A stretch of 39,237 nucleotides of DNA, from positions 1 through 39,237 of IMG/VR virus record IMGVR_UViG_3300032130_000005. One strand, 5' to 3'. Made by a program: the position numbers and the translations under genes. The stretch comes from a virus (Duplodnaviria > Caudoviricetes). The notes beneath the pieces were generated by a model. It was not told where the DNA came from and searched no databases. It saw only the letters and a list, made by a program, of their open reading frames with translations. Below, one piece after another: positions 28,980 to 36,409 of the stretch (position 1 is its first letter; the number at the start of each line of letters is the position of its first letter).

Positions 28980-29423
28980 TTAATTTTCCACTATTGCACT
29001 ATTACTACCATGCTCAAACACTTCAACACTAGCAAGTCTTACACGACCTCCTGTGTCTTCATCTATAATTGGTGCTACATAATTATAAACGTGTTCTGCA
29101 AATTTTTCACAACCTACGCCATCCATTTGAATAACTTTAGCAAGACCTTTTTCTTCTAATGCTATAAAGTCGTTTAGATTAGGATCATTTTTATCAACAG
29201 CTAGTTTATGATCAAAATTATCTTCTAGATATTGTTTAATCCATTTACAATTGCCAAAATCATAAACCCAATTTTTATCATCTAGTTCGAATGCTTCAAA
29301 CTCAAATCGAAATCCTAAACTGTATCCATGAATTAATGAACAATGACTGTCTGCCAATGCTTGTCTAAACGCACAACTGAATCCTCTTTCGTTACCGTAT
29401 GTTTTTGTACTTTTATGTTTCAT
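28980..29423 (-). CDS. queD: 6-carboxy-tetrahydropterin synthase (QueD/PTPS family); start reassigned to ATG 29423
   Basis: SCAFRQ...HCSLIHGY...LDDKNWVYDFG...FDH...GCEKFAE...VEVFEHGSNSA; AAGGAG RBS. Confidence 0.85.
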   Translation of the reverse strand: MKHKSTKTYGNERGFSCAFRQALADSHCSLIHGYSLGFRFEFEAFELDDKNWVYDFGNCKWIKQYLEDNFDHKLAVDKNDPNLNDFIALEEKGLAKVIQMDGVGCEKFAEHVYNYVAPIIDEDTGGRVRLASVEVFEHGSNSAIVEN

Positions 29424-29481
29424 ATTTTCTCCTTTTAAACGGCGGAGTATTTTAAGAGGGTCGACGTAATAGTCCTCATTT
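29424..29481 (-). ncRNA. Candidate preQ1-I-like riboswitch / structured 5' leader of queD
   Basis: GAGG-ACUAUUACGUCGAC-CCUC-UUAAAAUAC-UCCGCCGUUUAA-AAGGAG: stem P1, A-rich tail and possible loop-tail pseudoknot, lying between the promoter and the SD. Confidence 0.5.
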
Positions 29482-29486
29482 GTAAT

Positions 29487-29515
29487 AGTATATAACAATT
29501 TTGTTTAGTTGTCAA
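29487..29515 (-). promoter_or_regulatory. Sigma70-type promoter for queD
   Basis: TTGACA(29515-29510)-17 bp-TATACT(29492-29487). Confidence 0.8.
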
Positions 29516-30152
29516 CCGGAATGTGATGTGTATTGAAACTAATTGTTAGCCGTTTATTGGTTTTATTATATAAACTTCTATGATATAACCAACTAGGAAA
29601 TAAAACGAGCATACCCGATCTTGGATGGAACTCCATTTTATCAGAAGTAAATTCAGTTGCGTTATTATGTATCTCTGCCATTTTTGGTCCTAGTATTGGA
29701 CTTGTAAAAACTATTGGAGCACTATCTTCTTCGCAATAAGGATAGTATGCTCCACTTACAATACTTAATTCATGTCTGTGTTCATTTACGTGTCCATCTT
29801 CTTCTTGAATATTAAACCAGCTTTTGGCAATAGTAGCTGGTTCTAATCCACACGTAACACAAAATTCGTCTACACAATTTTGAATGTCTTGTTTTAGTAT
29901 TTTAAATTCTGCACGATCTAAGAAGTTTGCTGTTTTATGAGTTTTACTAATAACATCAAAATATCTACTACTAGTTTTACCTTTGCCTACGTCAGCTGGC
30001 CATGACATTAGTATTTCTTGTGTAAAACTATTAATAGTATCAACAACTAGTTTTTGATCAGCATGATTCTCTAAATTCCATACTTGAACTAACGTTGGAA
30101 ATAATGAATAATCTGCTTTACGAAATTGTCCTTCAGGTATTGTCGCCTTCAT
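29505..30152 (-). CDS. Putative 2OG-Fe(II) oxygenase (TIGR02466-like)
   Basis: LFPT, SWFN, HRH, SGAYY, GMLVLFPSWLYH, RLTISFN. Confidence 0.85.
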   Translation of the reverse strand: MKATIPEGQFRKADYSLFPTLVQVWNLENHADQKLVVDTINSFTQEILMSWPADVGKGKTSSRYFDVISKTHKTANFLDRAEFKILKQDIQNCVDEFCVTCGLEPATIAKSWFNIQEEDGHVNEHRHELSIVSGAYYPYCEEDSAPIVFTSPILGPKMAEIHNNATEFTSDKMEFHPRSGMLVLFPSWLYHRSLYNKTNKRLTISFNTHHIPVDN

Positions 30153-30804
30153 GCTTTTCCATTCTATAATCTTTTACTGTTCGCATATAGCCCCTATCAG
30201 CGTTTCGAATTGTATTGAAACTTATTACATATCTTTTCTTAGGCTCTCGATACAATCGCAGAACAGGTTTTGGTTCAACGTAATGTTTTATCCAACTAGG
30301 AAATAGTACTAATAATCCAGTACGTGCTTGTATATCTAAATTATACTTACTGTAATATGTGTCTTTTATAATACAATCGTTCATACGTAATTGTTGTATT
30401 GGACTTTCAAGCATTAAAGGACTACTTCCTTCGTCAGCATACGGATAGTATGCTCCACTAATAACACTTCGTTCATGTCTATGAGCTTCAACTGAATTAC
30501 CTTCAGACATTGTATTAAACCAACTTGTTGAAATAAGGGTATAATCAATTCCTGCTTCTTCAGTATATGTGTCACAACATGATTGTATTGTTTTCCATAA
30601 GTCTACTAATCGCTTATCACTTAAAAATTGTTCGTTGCCGGTTATGTAACTACTATGTCCACCTTTTACTAATCTATGCTCGCCAATATCTTGCCAGTTC
30701 TCAATCATATCTATAGCAACTTCTTCACAAGGGTGTCCTTTAAGATCCCATGTGCTTATTAATGTTGGAAATGTTGCGAAATGTTTAGGTTCAGGTGGTC
30801 TCAT
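30133..30804 (-). CDS. Putative 2OG-Fe(II) oxygenase (TIGR02466-like), tandem paralogue; ATG 30804 preferred over TTG 30822
   Basis: TFPT, SWFN, HRH, SGAYY, GLLVLFPSWIKHYV, RYVISFN. Confidence 0.85.
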   Translation of the reverse strand: MRPPEPKHFATFPTLISTWDLKGHPCEEVAIDMIENWQDIGEHRLVKGGHSSYITGNEQFLSDKRLVDLWKTIQSCCDTYTEEAGIDYTLISTSWFNTMSEGNSVEAHRHERSVISGAYYPYADEGSSPLMLESPIQQLRMNDCIIKDTYYSKYNLDIQARTGLLVLFPSWIKHYVEPKPVLRLYREPKKRYVISFNTIRNADRGYMRTVKDYRMEKHEGDNT

Positions 30805-31375
30805 TATCAATCCCAAATTCAATTACCATTTTGTTACATACATTTTTTTGCTCTGTTGGCCATGGCTTATTATTATAATAAGTAAAATTAGCTTCAGGAA
30901 AATTTTCAAACACTTTATCAATTTGATATATCCAATAACTAGGATCTACTGGACTTGAATCTGCATCGTTATAATTCTCTGTGCCTTTATATATGTTATT
31001 ATAAAGTCCGGTATCTAAATCAAACCCAATCATATGTATTTCAGGTTTTTCACTCCATTTAGAAGCTATTATTGTTCCTAATAATACTGCATAAGGTCCA
31101 CTACCCCAATGCCATGGATCGTCAAGTTTTGTATTACCTTTATATGGAAGTTGTGGAACTAGCCCACATAATTTAAATTGATCTATCCAATCGGGTCTAG
31201 TATAGATAGCACCATAGTTACGTTCTTTTTGTGCTTCAGTAACCATACGACGATCACAACAAATTAAGTGGTTTATATAAAAGTCTCTAAAAATTGCGTT
31301 GCAACCAACCTTTATATCGCCACATTTATTGATATCTATATCTTTTCTACTCTCTCCGTTGCCAATCACAAGCAT
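30791..31375 (-). CDS. DUF115/MptE-/Maf-like Rossmann-type transferase
   Basis: LVIGNGESR, GCNA..RD, LICCD, SGPYA, IHMIGFD. Confidence 0.6.
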   Translation of the reverse strand: MLVIGNGESRKDIDINKCGDIKVGCNAIFRDFYINHLICCDRRMVTEAQKERNYGAIYTRPDWIDQFKLCGLVPQLPYKGNTKLDDPWHWGSGPYAVLLGTIIASKWSEKPEIHMIGFDLDTGLYNNIYKGTENYNDADSSPVDPSYWIYQIDKVFENFPEANFTYYNNKPWPTEQKNVCNKMVIEFGIDNETT

Positions 31376-31380
31376 GACAA

Positions 31381-31393
31381 TATTTAATAAATA
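31381..31393. promoter_or_regulatory. Overlapping back-to-back late-type promoters
   Basis: TATTTAATAAATA reads TTAAATA on - and ATAAATA on +. Confidence 0.55.
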
Positions 31394-31418
31394 TGTATAA
31401 CGATAGGAACAAAACCGA

Positions 31419-34250
31419 ATGACAGCATTTTATGATTTTTTTAGGTATATCAAGTTATACTCCACAGATGGCGTAACTTTAGAACACACTATTGAAGCTG
31501 ATGCAGTAACCGACTCTCTTAGCATAAGCAGAGGTACAGGAGTAGCATGGACAGGCGCTTCATCGGCTACAGATTCATTTAAAATAGACGTTGATTATAC
31601 ATTTGAAGTTCCTGTAACAACTACTACCCTTAGATTAACTGATGTTAATAGTAATGATCAAGATATAGCTCTTGTTGCCGGCACTAATATGAACCTTGTA
31701 CGTGACAATGCTAACCAATTAACAATTTCAGCATTAGTAGGTGGTATTAGTAAGGCTATTGATAATATTACACAGGCCAGCCCATGTAACATTGAAACAA
31801 CAAATGCCCACGATTTTACAGAAGGAACTCCAGTTACTATTACAGATGTAAATGGAATGACCCAGCTTAACGGTAATGAATATTATATGGATGTTCTAAC
31901 TAGTAAAATTTTTGCATTGTATTCTGACCCAGAATTAGCAACGCCTGTTGATAGTACAGGCTTTGGAGCATATACATCAGGTGGTGTTGCCACTGGTGAA
32001 TATGGAGGTGCAACTAAATTAAACGAACTAACAGATGTTAAGGCTGGTGCTGTTGATTTTACAGATAGTATAATGCTAGGGCATACAACAACTGGTACAT
32101 TAAGTAATGCTCATAGTAATATTTTTATAGGAAAAGATACAGGAAAAACTGTTACAAGCGGAAATCAAAATACTGTTGTTGGCCACAAAGCTGGAGAGAG
32201 TATACTAGATGGAAGTAACAACACGTTCATCGGTTCTACGGCAGGAGATGCTGTCACTACTGGAAGTTCCAATGTTATAATTGGTGACTATGCAGGTACA
32301 TCAGCATTAGCAGATACTGTTGCAATTTATACTGGTGGTGGAACTCAGCGACTTACTATTGATTCAACTGGTGCTACTGTTAATAGTAATGCTGTAATGC
32401 TTGGTGGTGTTGTAACATCACATTTAATTCCTGATACAGATATTACTTACGATTTAGGAAGTTCAACACACAAATTTAGAGACTTATACTTAGACGGTAC
32501 AAGTATTCATTTAGGTAGCACAATTTTAAAAGATAACGGTTCAGGTAGTTTACAAGTTAATATGACAAACGTATTACAAGTTGCCGCAGATGATTCAACT
32601 TTACGTATAATTGATAGTGGAGAATCAATTAAGTTTATTGGAGCAGGATCTGTTACAACGGCTACTGACGCAGAAGGTAATCTTACAATTACTGGAGACT
32701 ATGGCGGATTAACTGATAACACAAATGTAGATGCTGTAGTAGCCGGTGATGATGGTAAAATTTTATATTATGATTATGGCACGACATCATTTAAATGGAA
32801 AATATATAATGATACAAACTGGGATACAGCATATGGTTGGGGAGATCATACAGTTCCTGGATACCTAACAGGTACTGGAGTATTAAGTTCTCATACAGAT
32901 GTACACAATGCGGTACCAACAGCTGGACAAGTCCTTATGTGGGACGATGGAAATTCAAGATGGGCACCTGGAACAGACTTTGATACAGATCTTACAGGAA
33001 GTGTATTTGGAGACGATTCAACAGTACTAGTTGATGGTGTTAATAATGCTATTAATTTAGATGGCACTATAAAAGGCCATATGATACCAGCTGGTAACGA
33101 TATTTATGACATTGGAACAGCTGAATTTAAGATTAGGGATCTATATTTAGGTTCAAATTCCCTTTGGGTTGGTGATGAGCATAAGATTACAATTGATGGC
33201 GGAAAGAAAAAATTTAAGAAAAGGAAAAAAGGTATAGTACCAGCAGGTGTTCAAACTCTTTTGATAACATCTGTCTTTGCAGACGTGACTGCACTTAAGA
33301 TAGATTTTAAAGTTCAAATTCACGATCCTGTCCCAGCAACTATACTTGATCCAGACCATGTAGACTTTAATCCACCTACTAATAAGTGGCAAGAGTTTTT
33401 AGCATTACATGGTCACCCTAATAAATCGGCTGGAGACGTTTATGACAATACTTCAGATTTTGATGATGAAGGTCCAGATCAGTTAATAACAGAAGGTGAT
33501 CTTCTGTACCATGATGGTACAGACTATAAACGTTTACCTATTGGTTCTGCGGCTCAAGTACTTCTTGCAAATGGTTCTGGTACTGCTCCAGAATGGGGTA
33601 CTGTTAGTGCCGCTATAATTGTAGCTGAAGAAGGTAGTGACTTAACAACAAGTGCAACAAAATTAGATTTTGTTGGTTCAGGTGTTACTGCTAGTGGTAC
33701 AGGTGCAACAAAAACAATTACTATTCCTGGCGGTGGTGGCGGTGGTGGTTGGACAGCAATTGAAACTCAAACTGTATCTTCATCAGTGACATCAGTGACA
33801 TTTGGAAGTTTAGATCTTTCTGCTTATAGCACCGTGCGATTAGTAATAAGCGATCTTGTTCATAGTAACCATCAATTTACCTACCTAAAGTTAAGTAATA
33901 ACGGGTTCACAAGCAATGATACATGGTCCCAAAACGTAATGGCAATGTTTGACAATACCACAACATCCTATGATAGGCAGGCAAACAGTACAACGTTTAG
34001 CGACGGAGAATACCTTATTTTAACTTCTCATGTTGTATGGTTTGACCCGATAATAATGAGCGGCTGGTTAGATTTTGATTTAACAACAACCAATGTGGTT
34101 GCCAACGGACAAGGGGTTTCAAGAGATGACGGTGAGGGAGTAATTCTGTGGTCTGGAATTTGTGATGTTACAACTTTCACTGATTTAAAAATAGAAAAAT
34201 TTAGCGGCACGTTTGATTCTGGGACGTTTAAATTATTAGGTATGGCATAA
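31419..34250 (+). CDS. Modular tail fibre / receptor-binding protein (943 aa)
   Basis: E1-FCCH-like ITQASP...GMTQLNG segment, YadA-head-like NxxIG repeats, modules shared with the 852- and 909-aa fibres, poly-Gly linker and a tip paralogous to the 852-aa protein. Confidence 0.78.
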   Translation: MTAFYDFFRYIKLYSTDGVTLEHTIEADAVTDSLSISRGTGVAWTGASSATDSFKIDVDYTFEVPVTTTTLRLTDVNSNDQDIALVAGTNMNLVRDNANQLTISALVGGISKAIDNITQASPCNIETTNAHDFTEGTPVTITDVNGMTQLNGNEYYMDVLTSKIFALYSDPELATPVDSTGFGAYTSGGVATGEYGGATKLNELTDVKAGAVDFTDSIMLGHTTTGTLSNAHSNIFIGKDTGKTVTSGNQNTVVGHKAGESILDGSNNTFIGSTAGDAVTTGSSNVIIGDYAGTSALADTVAIYTGGGTQRLTIDSTGATVNSNAVMLGGVVTSHLIPDTDITYDLGSSTHKFRDLYLDGTSIHLGSTILKDNGSGSLQVNMTNVLQVAADDSTLRIIDSGESIKFIGAGSVTTATDAEGNLTITGDYGGLTDNTNVDAVVAGDDGKILYYDYGTTSFKWKIYNDTNWDTAYGWGDHTVPGYLTGTGVLSSHTDVHNAVPTAGQVLMWDDGNSRWAPGTDFDTDLTGSVFGDDSTVLVDGVNNAINLDGTIKGHMIPAGNDIYDIGTAEFKIRDLYLGSNSLWVGDEHKITIDGGKKKFKKRKKGIVPAGVQTLLITSVFADVTALKIDFKVQIHDPVPATILDPDHVDFNPPTNKWQEFLALHGHPNKSAGDVYDNTSDFDDEGPDQLITEGDLLYHDGTDYKRLPIGSAAQVLLANGSGTAPEWGTVSAAIIVAEEGSDLTTSATKLDFVGSGVTASGTGATKTITIPGGGGGGGWTAIETQTVSSSVTSVTFGSLDLSAYSTVRLVISDLVHSNHQFTYLKLSNNGFTSNDTWSQNVMAMFDNTTTSYDRQANSTTFSDGEYLILTSHVVWFDPIIMSGWLDFDLTTTNVVANGQGVSRDDGEGVILWSGICDVTTFTDLKIEKFSGTFDSGTFKLLGMA
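32725..32774 (+). repeat. 50-bp perfect repeat, copy 2 (inverted relative to 16218-16267)
   Basis: Identical 50-mer, same reading frame (VDAVVAGDDGKILYYD). Confidence 0.9.
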
Positions 34251-34260
34251 GGAAAAAGAT

Positions 34261-34497
34261 ATGGCAAATGAAAAGAAAATGGTAAATGGTGTAGTAAGTG
34301 AGTTAACTGACGAAGAACAAGCTACTCTAAATACTTCACGTGCAAAAATACAAGCTAAAATTGATGCAGATGCTTGGAAAGTTTCTAGAGTGTCTAGCTA
34401 CGGAAGTATAGGCGACCAGTTGGACGAAATTTATCATGACATAGATTCTTGGAAAGCAAGAATAGCCAAAGTTAAATCAGATAATCCAAAAACTTAA
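34261..34497 (+). CDS. Probable tail-fibre assembly chaperone
   Basis: R...YGSIGDQLDEIYHDIDSWKARIAKVKSDNPK motif, directly after the fibre gene. Confidence 0.6.
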   Translation: MANEKKMVNGVVSELTDEEQATLNTSRAKIQAKIDADAWKVSRVSSYGSIGDQLDEIYHDIDSWKARIAKVKSDNPKT

Positions 34498-34928
34498 ACT
34501 GACCTAATCTGGTCTTTTGCTATATATAGAAGTGGACAAGTATAGCATACCCATCCTTTAGAAATTACAATATAAAAATACGGATCTTTTGCCTCGTTAG
34601 CGTGACACGTTGAAAATGTCATTGTGCCTTTCTGTTCTTCAGGCTCTGATCGAGCATCGCAATTAGGTAACGCAAATTCGCTTTTAATTGTAAATCCCCA
34701 TGCTTCGTCGATAGTTCCATTTTTATCAAGATCCATATAGGTAGTAAGAGTATGTGGAAGTTCTTGAGCATTCCAAAACGCCATGTGCTGAAAGAAATCA
34801 AGTTTACTTGAAAACATTGTAGTAGGATCTACTTCTTTTTCAGGAGAAGTAATATAGTCTTTCCAGTTATTAGCGTACACTGGCGAGGATATAAACAGGC
34901 ACAATAGTACCATCAAAAGTTTTTTCAT
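34494..34928 (-). CDS. Exported hypothetical protein with a DxDxNG loop
   Basis: Signal peptide MKKLLMVLLCLFISSPVYA; DLDKNGTIDE; four Cys in the mature part. Confidence 0.65.
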   Translation of the reverse strand: MKKLLMVLLCLFISSPVYANNWKDYITSPEKEVDPTTMFSSKLDFFQHMAFWNAQELPHTLTTYMDLDKNGTIDEAWGFTIKSEFALPNCDARSEPEEQKGTMTFSTCHANEAKDPYFYIVISKGWVCYTCPLLYIAKDQIRSV

Positions 34929-34929
34929 A

Positions 34930-35271
34930 TTACTTCCTTTTTCTTTTTGTTGTTCTGATTTCTCTTAATTCTTCAGAATGGTTCTTTTTTACTTCGCCTA
35001 CATCTTTTTTAATTTCACGTAGGTGCATTTGGATATCGCCAAATCGATCATAACTTTCAGTAAAAAATTTATTAAGATTATGAATTGCGTCAATAACCCA
35101 CCACCACCAAAAGAATGCAACAGTTCCAAAAATAGTTGCAACTCCGATTAAGAGATAGTCGAGTGTTTCTTTGGCATCAAATGCCACAAGTAGTACTACT
35201 AATAATAGTGCAGTTAATGGAAGTATCCTTCCACACCAAGACCAAATCTTGGTTTTTAGGTTTAGTTGCAT
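34930..35271 (-). CDS. Two-TM membrane protein with coiled-coil, basic C-terminus
   Basis: Two hydrophobic segments, FFWWWW, C-terminal KRKRK. Confidence 0.7.
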   Translation of the reverse strand: MQLNLKTKIWSWCGRILPLTALLLVVLLVAFDAKETLDYLLIGVATIFGTVAFFWWWWVIDAIHNLNKFFTESYDRFGDIQMHLREIKKDVGEVKKNHSEELREIRTTKRKRK

Positions 35272-35275
35272 AGTG

Positions 35276-36397
35276 TTACCCCTCTATAACACCAAACGGT
35301 TTCCATTCTCCTGGTGTACCATTTTTAATACAGACCCATCCAACATGACTTGTTGGTTTTGGTTCTTGATTCCATACGATATCACCTTTGACGTAGATTC
35401 CATTATTTGGTGGTTGAACCCCAATTTCGAATTTCTTATTTTCAAATCTGACAGGCCCTGAGGTGCTAAAACATACGTCAGGATTATTAACTCCTACTCC
35501 TAATTTTCCTTTAACTGTTGTGATAGAATCAGCATCAGTACCAATTATAATTCTATTATTGGCAGTGAGTTTAATTCTAGTTTGATTGTCAGTAATTAGA
35601 TTCATGTCACTTGTAGTATAAGTTCCTACATTGGCAGAATCATATTCTGGGTCAACAATGAATTCAACTTCATTGCTACTAACACTTAATTGTCCGTTGC
35701 CTAACTCTGTGCCTATTCCAAATCTCATTTCATCTCCGTTATAAAAGATGAATTGATCTATTGTAAGACTGCCTTCAGTTTTAAGATTACGTAATGTGCC
35801 TACTTCAGTTAAACTAGATTTTGTTATATCAGGGCCTAATTCATTTGCACTTAATACTGTAACATTTCCGATTTTATATTCATGACCAGTATGTAGATCA
35901 AAGTCTTCACTAGACCAAATACGATCGTCTCCACCCTTCATTACTAATTGCTTGGTATGATCATATCCTGTCCATAATAGTCCTTTATTGTAAGGAGTAT
36001 CGTCTACTGAACATTCAAATACTAAAGGTGTTGTTCTTGCATTTCTAACATCGGCTTGTATTTCGTCAACTTCTATTTTAGAAGCCTTAATTGTGCCGCC
36101 TACAGTAAGGTCGTTTTCTACAGTAGTATCGCCGACTAATTTAGCAACTATTAAATTATCAGTATAAACACCTTCGTCTTTTATAACAAAGGTTTGTTTA
36201 GTTGCTTCGTCACGGATACCTGTACTTGCAAAGTGTGTGATTTTACCAGCACTTATTTTATTACCACTAAGGCTTCTATCAAGAATCTCTTGTGCTGGCA
36301 ATTCCCTATTTGCAATAGTTTCAAGTGCCTCACCTAGTTGTACAAGACCGTCTTTTACTGCTAAAATTTCAGAATCTTTAATGTCACGTGTGCTCAT
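35276..36397 (-). CDS. Putative virion structural/fibre-type protein
   Basis: SSLTEVGTLRNL, GKLGVGVNNP, C-terminal KGDIVWN..P.....GWVC...GTPGEWKPFG; ATAAATA upstream. Confidence 0.65.
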   Translation of the reverse strand: MSTRDIKDSEILAVKDGLVQLGEALETIANRELPAQEILDRSLSGNKISAGKITHFASTGIRDEATKQTFVIKDEGVYTDNLIVAKLVGDTTVENDLTVGGTIKASKIEVDEIQADVRNARTTPLVFECSVDDTPYNKGLLWTGYDHTKQLVMKGGDDRIWSSEDFDLHTGHEYKIGNVTVLSANELGPDITKSSLTEVGTLRNLKTEGSLTIDQFIFYNGDEMRFGIGTELGNGQLSVSSNEVEFIVDPEYDSANVGTYTTSDMNLITDNQTRIKLTANNRIIIGTDADSITTVKGKLGVGVNNPDVCFSTSGPVRFENKKFEIGVQPPNNGIYVKGDIVWNQEPKPTSHVGWVCIKNGTPGEWKPFGVIEG

Positions 36398-36402
36398 ACT
36401 AG

Positions 36403-36409
36403 TATTTAT
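36403..36409 (-). promoter_or_regulatory. T4-type late promoter core (ATAAATA), 5 nt before the ATG
   Basis: GATAAATA-CTAGT-ATG. Confidence 0.6.

Noticed and set aside
29435-29479. 14-codon uORF MRTITSTLLKYSAV in the queD leader as an attenuator peptide
   Set aside because: No regulatory codon run and no terminator hairpin; the RNA-structure explanation fits better, although leaderless translation of it cannot be excluded.
29424-29498. 25-aa N-terminal extension of QueD from TTG 29498
   Set aside because: That start lies inside the promoter spacer; a strong AAGGAG precedes ATG 29423.
11982-34250. Diversity-generating retroelement acting on the paralogous fibre tips
   Set aside because: Differences between the two tip ends are not adenine-specific, both copies are coding, and no reverse transcriptase is in the window.
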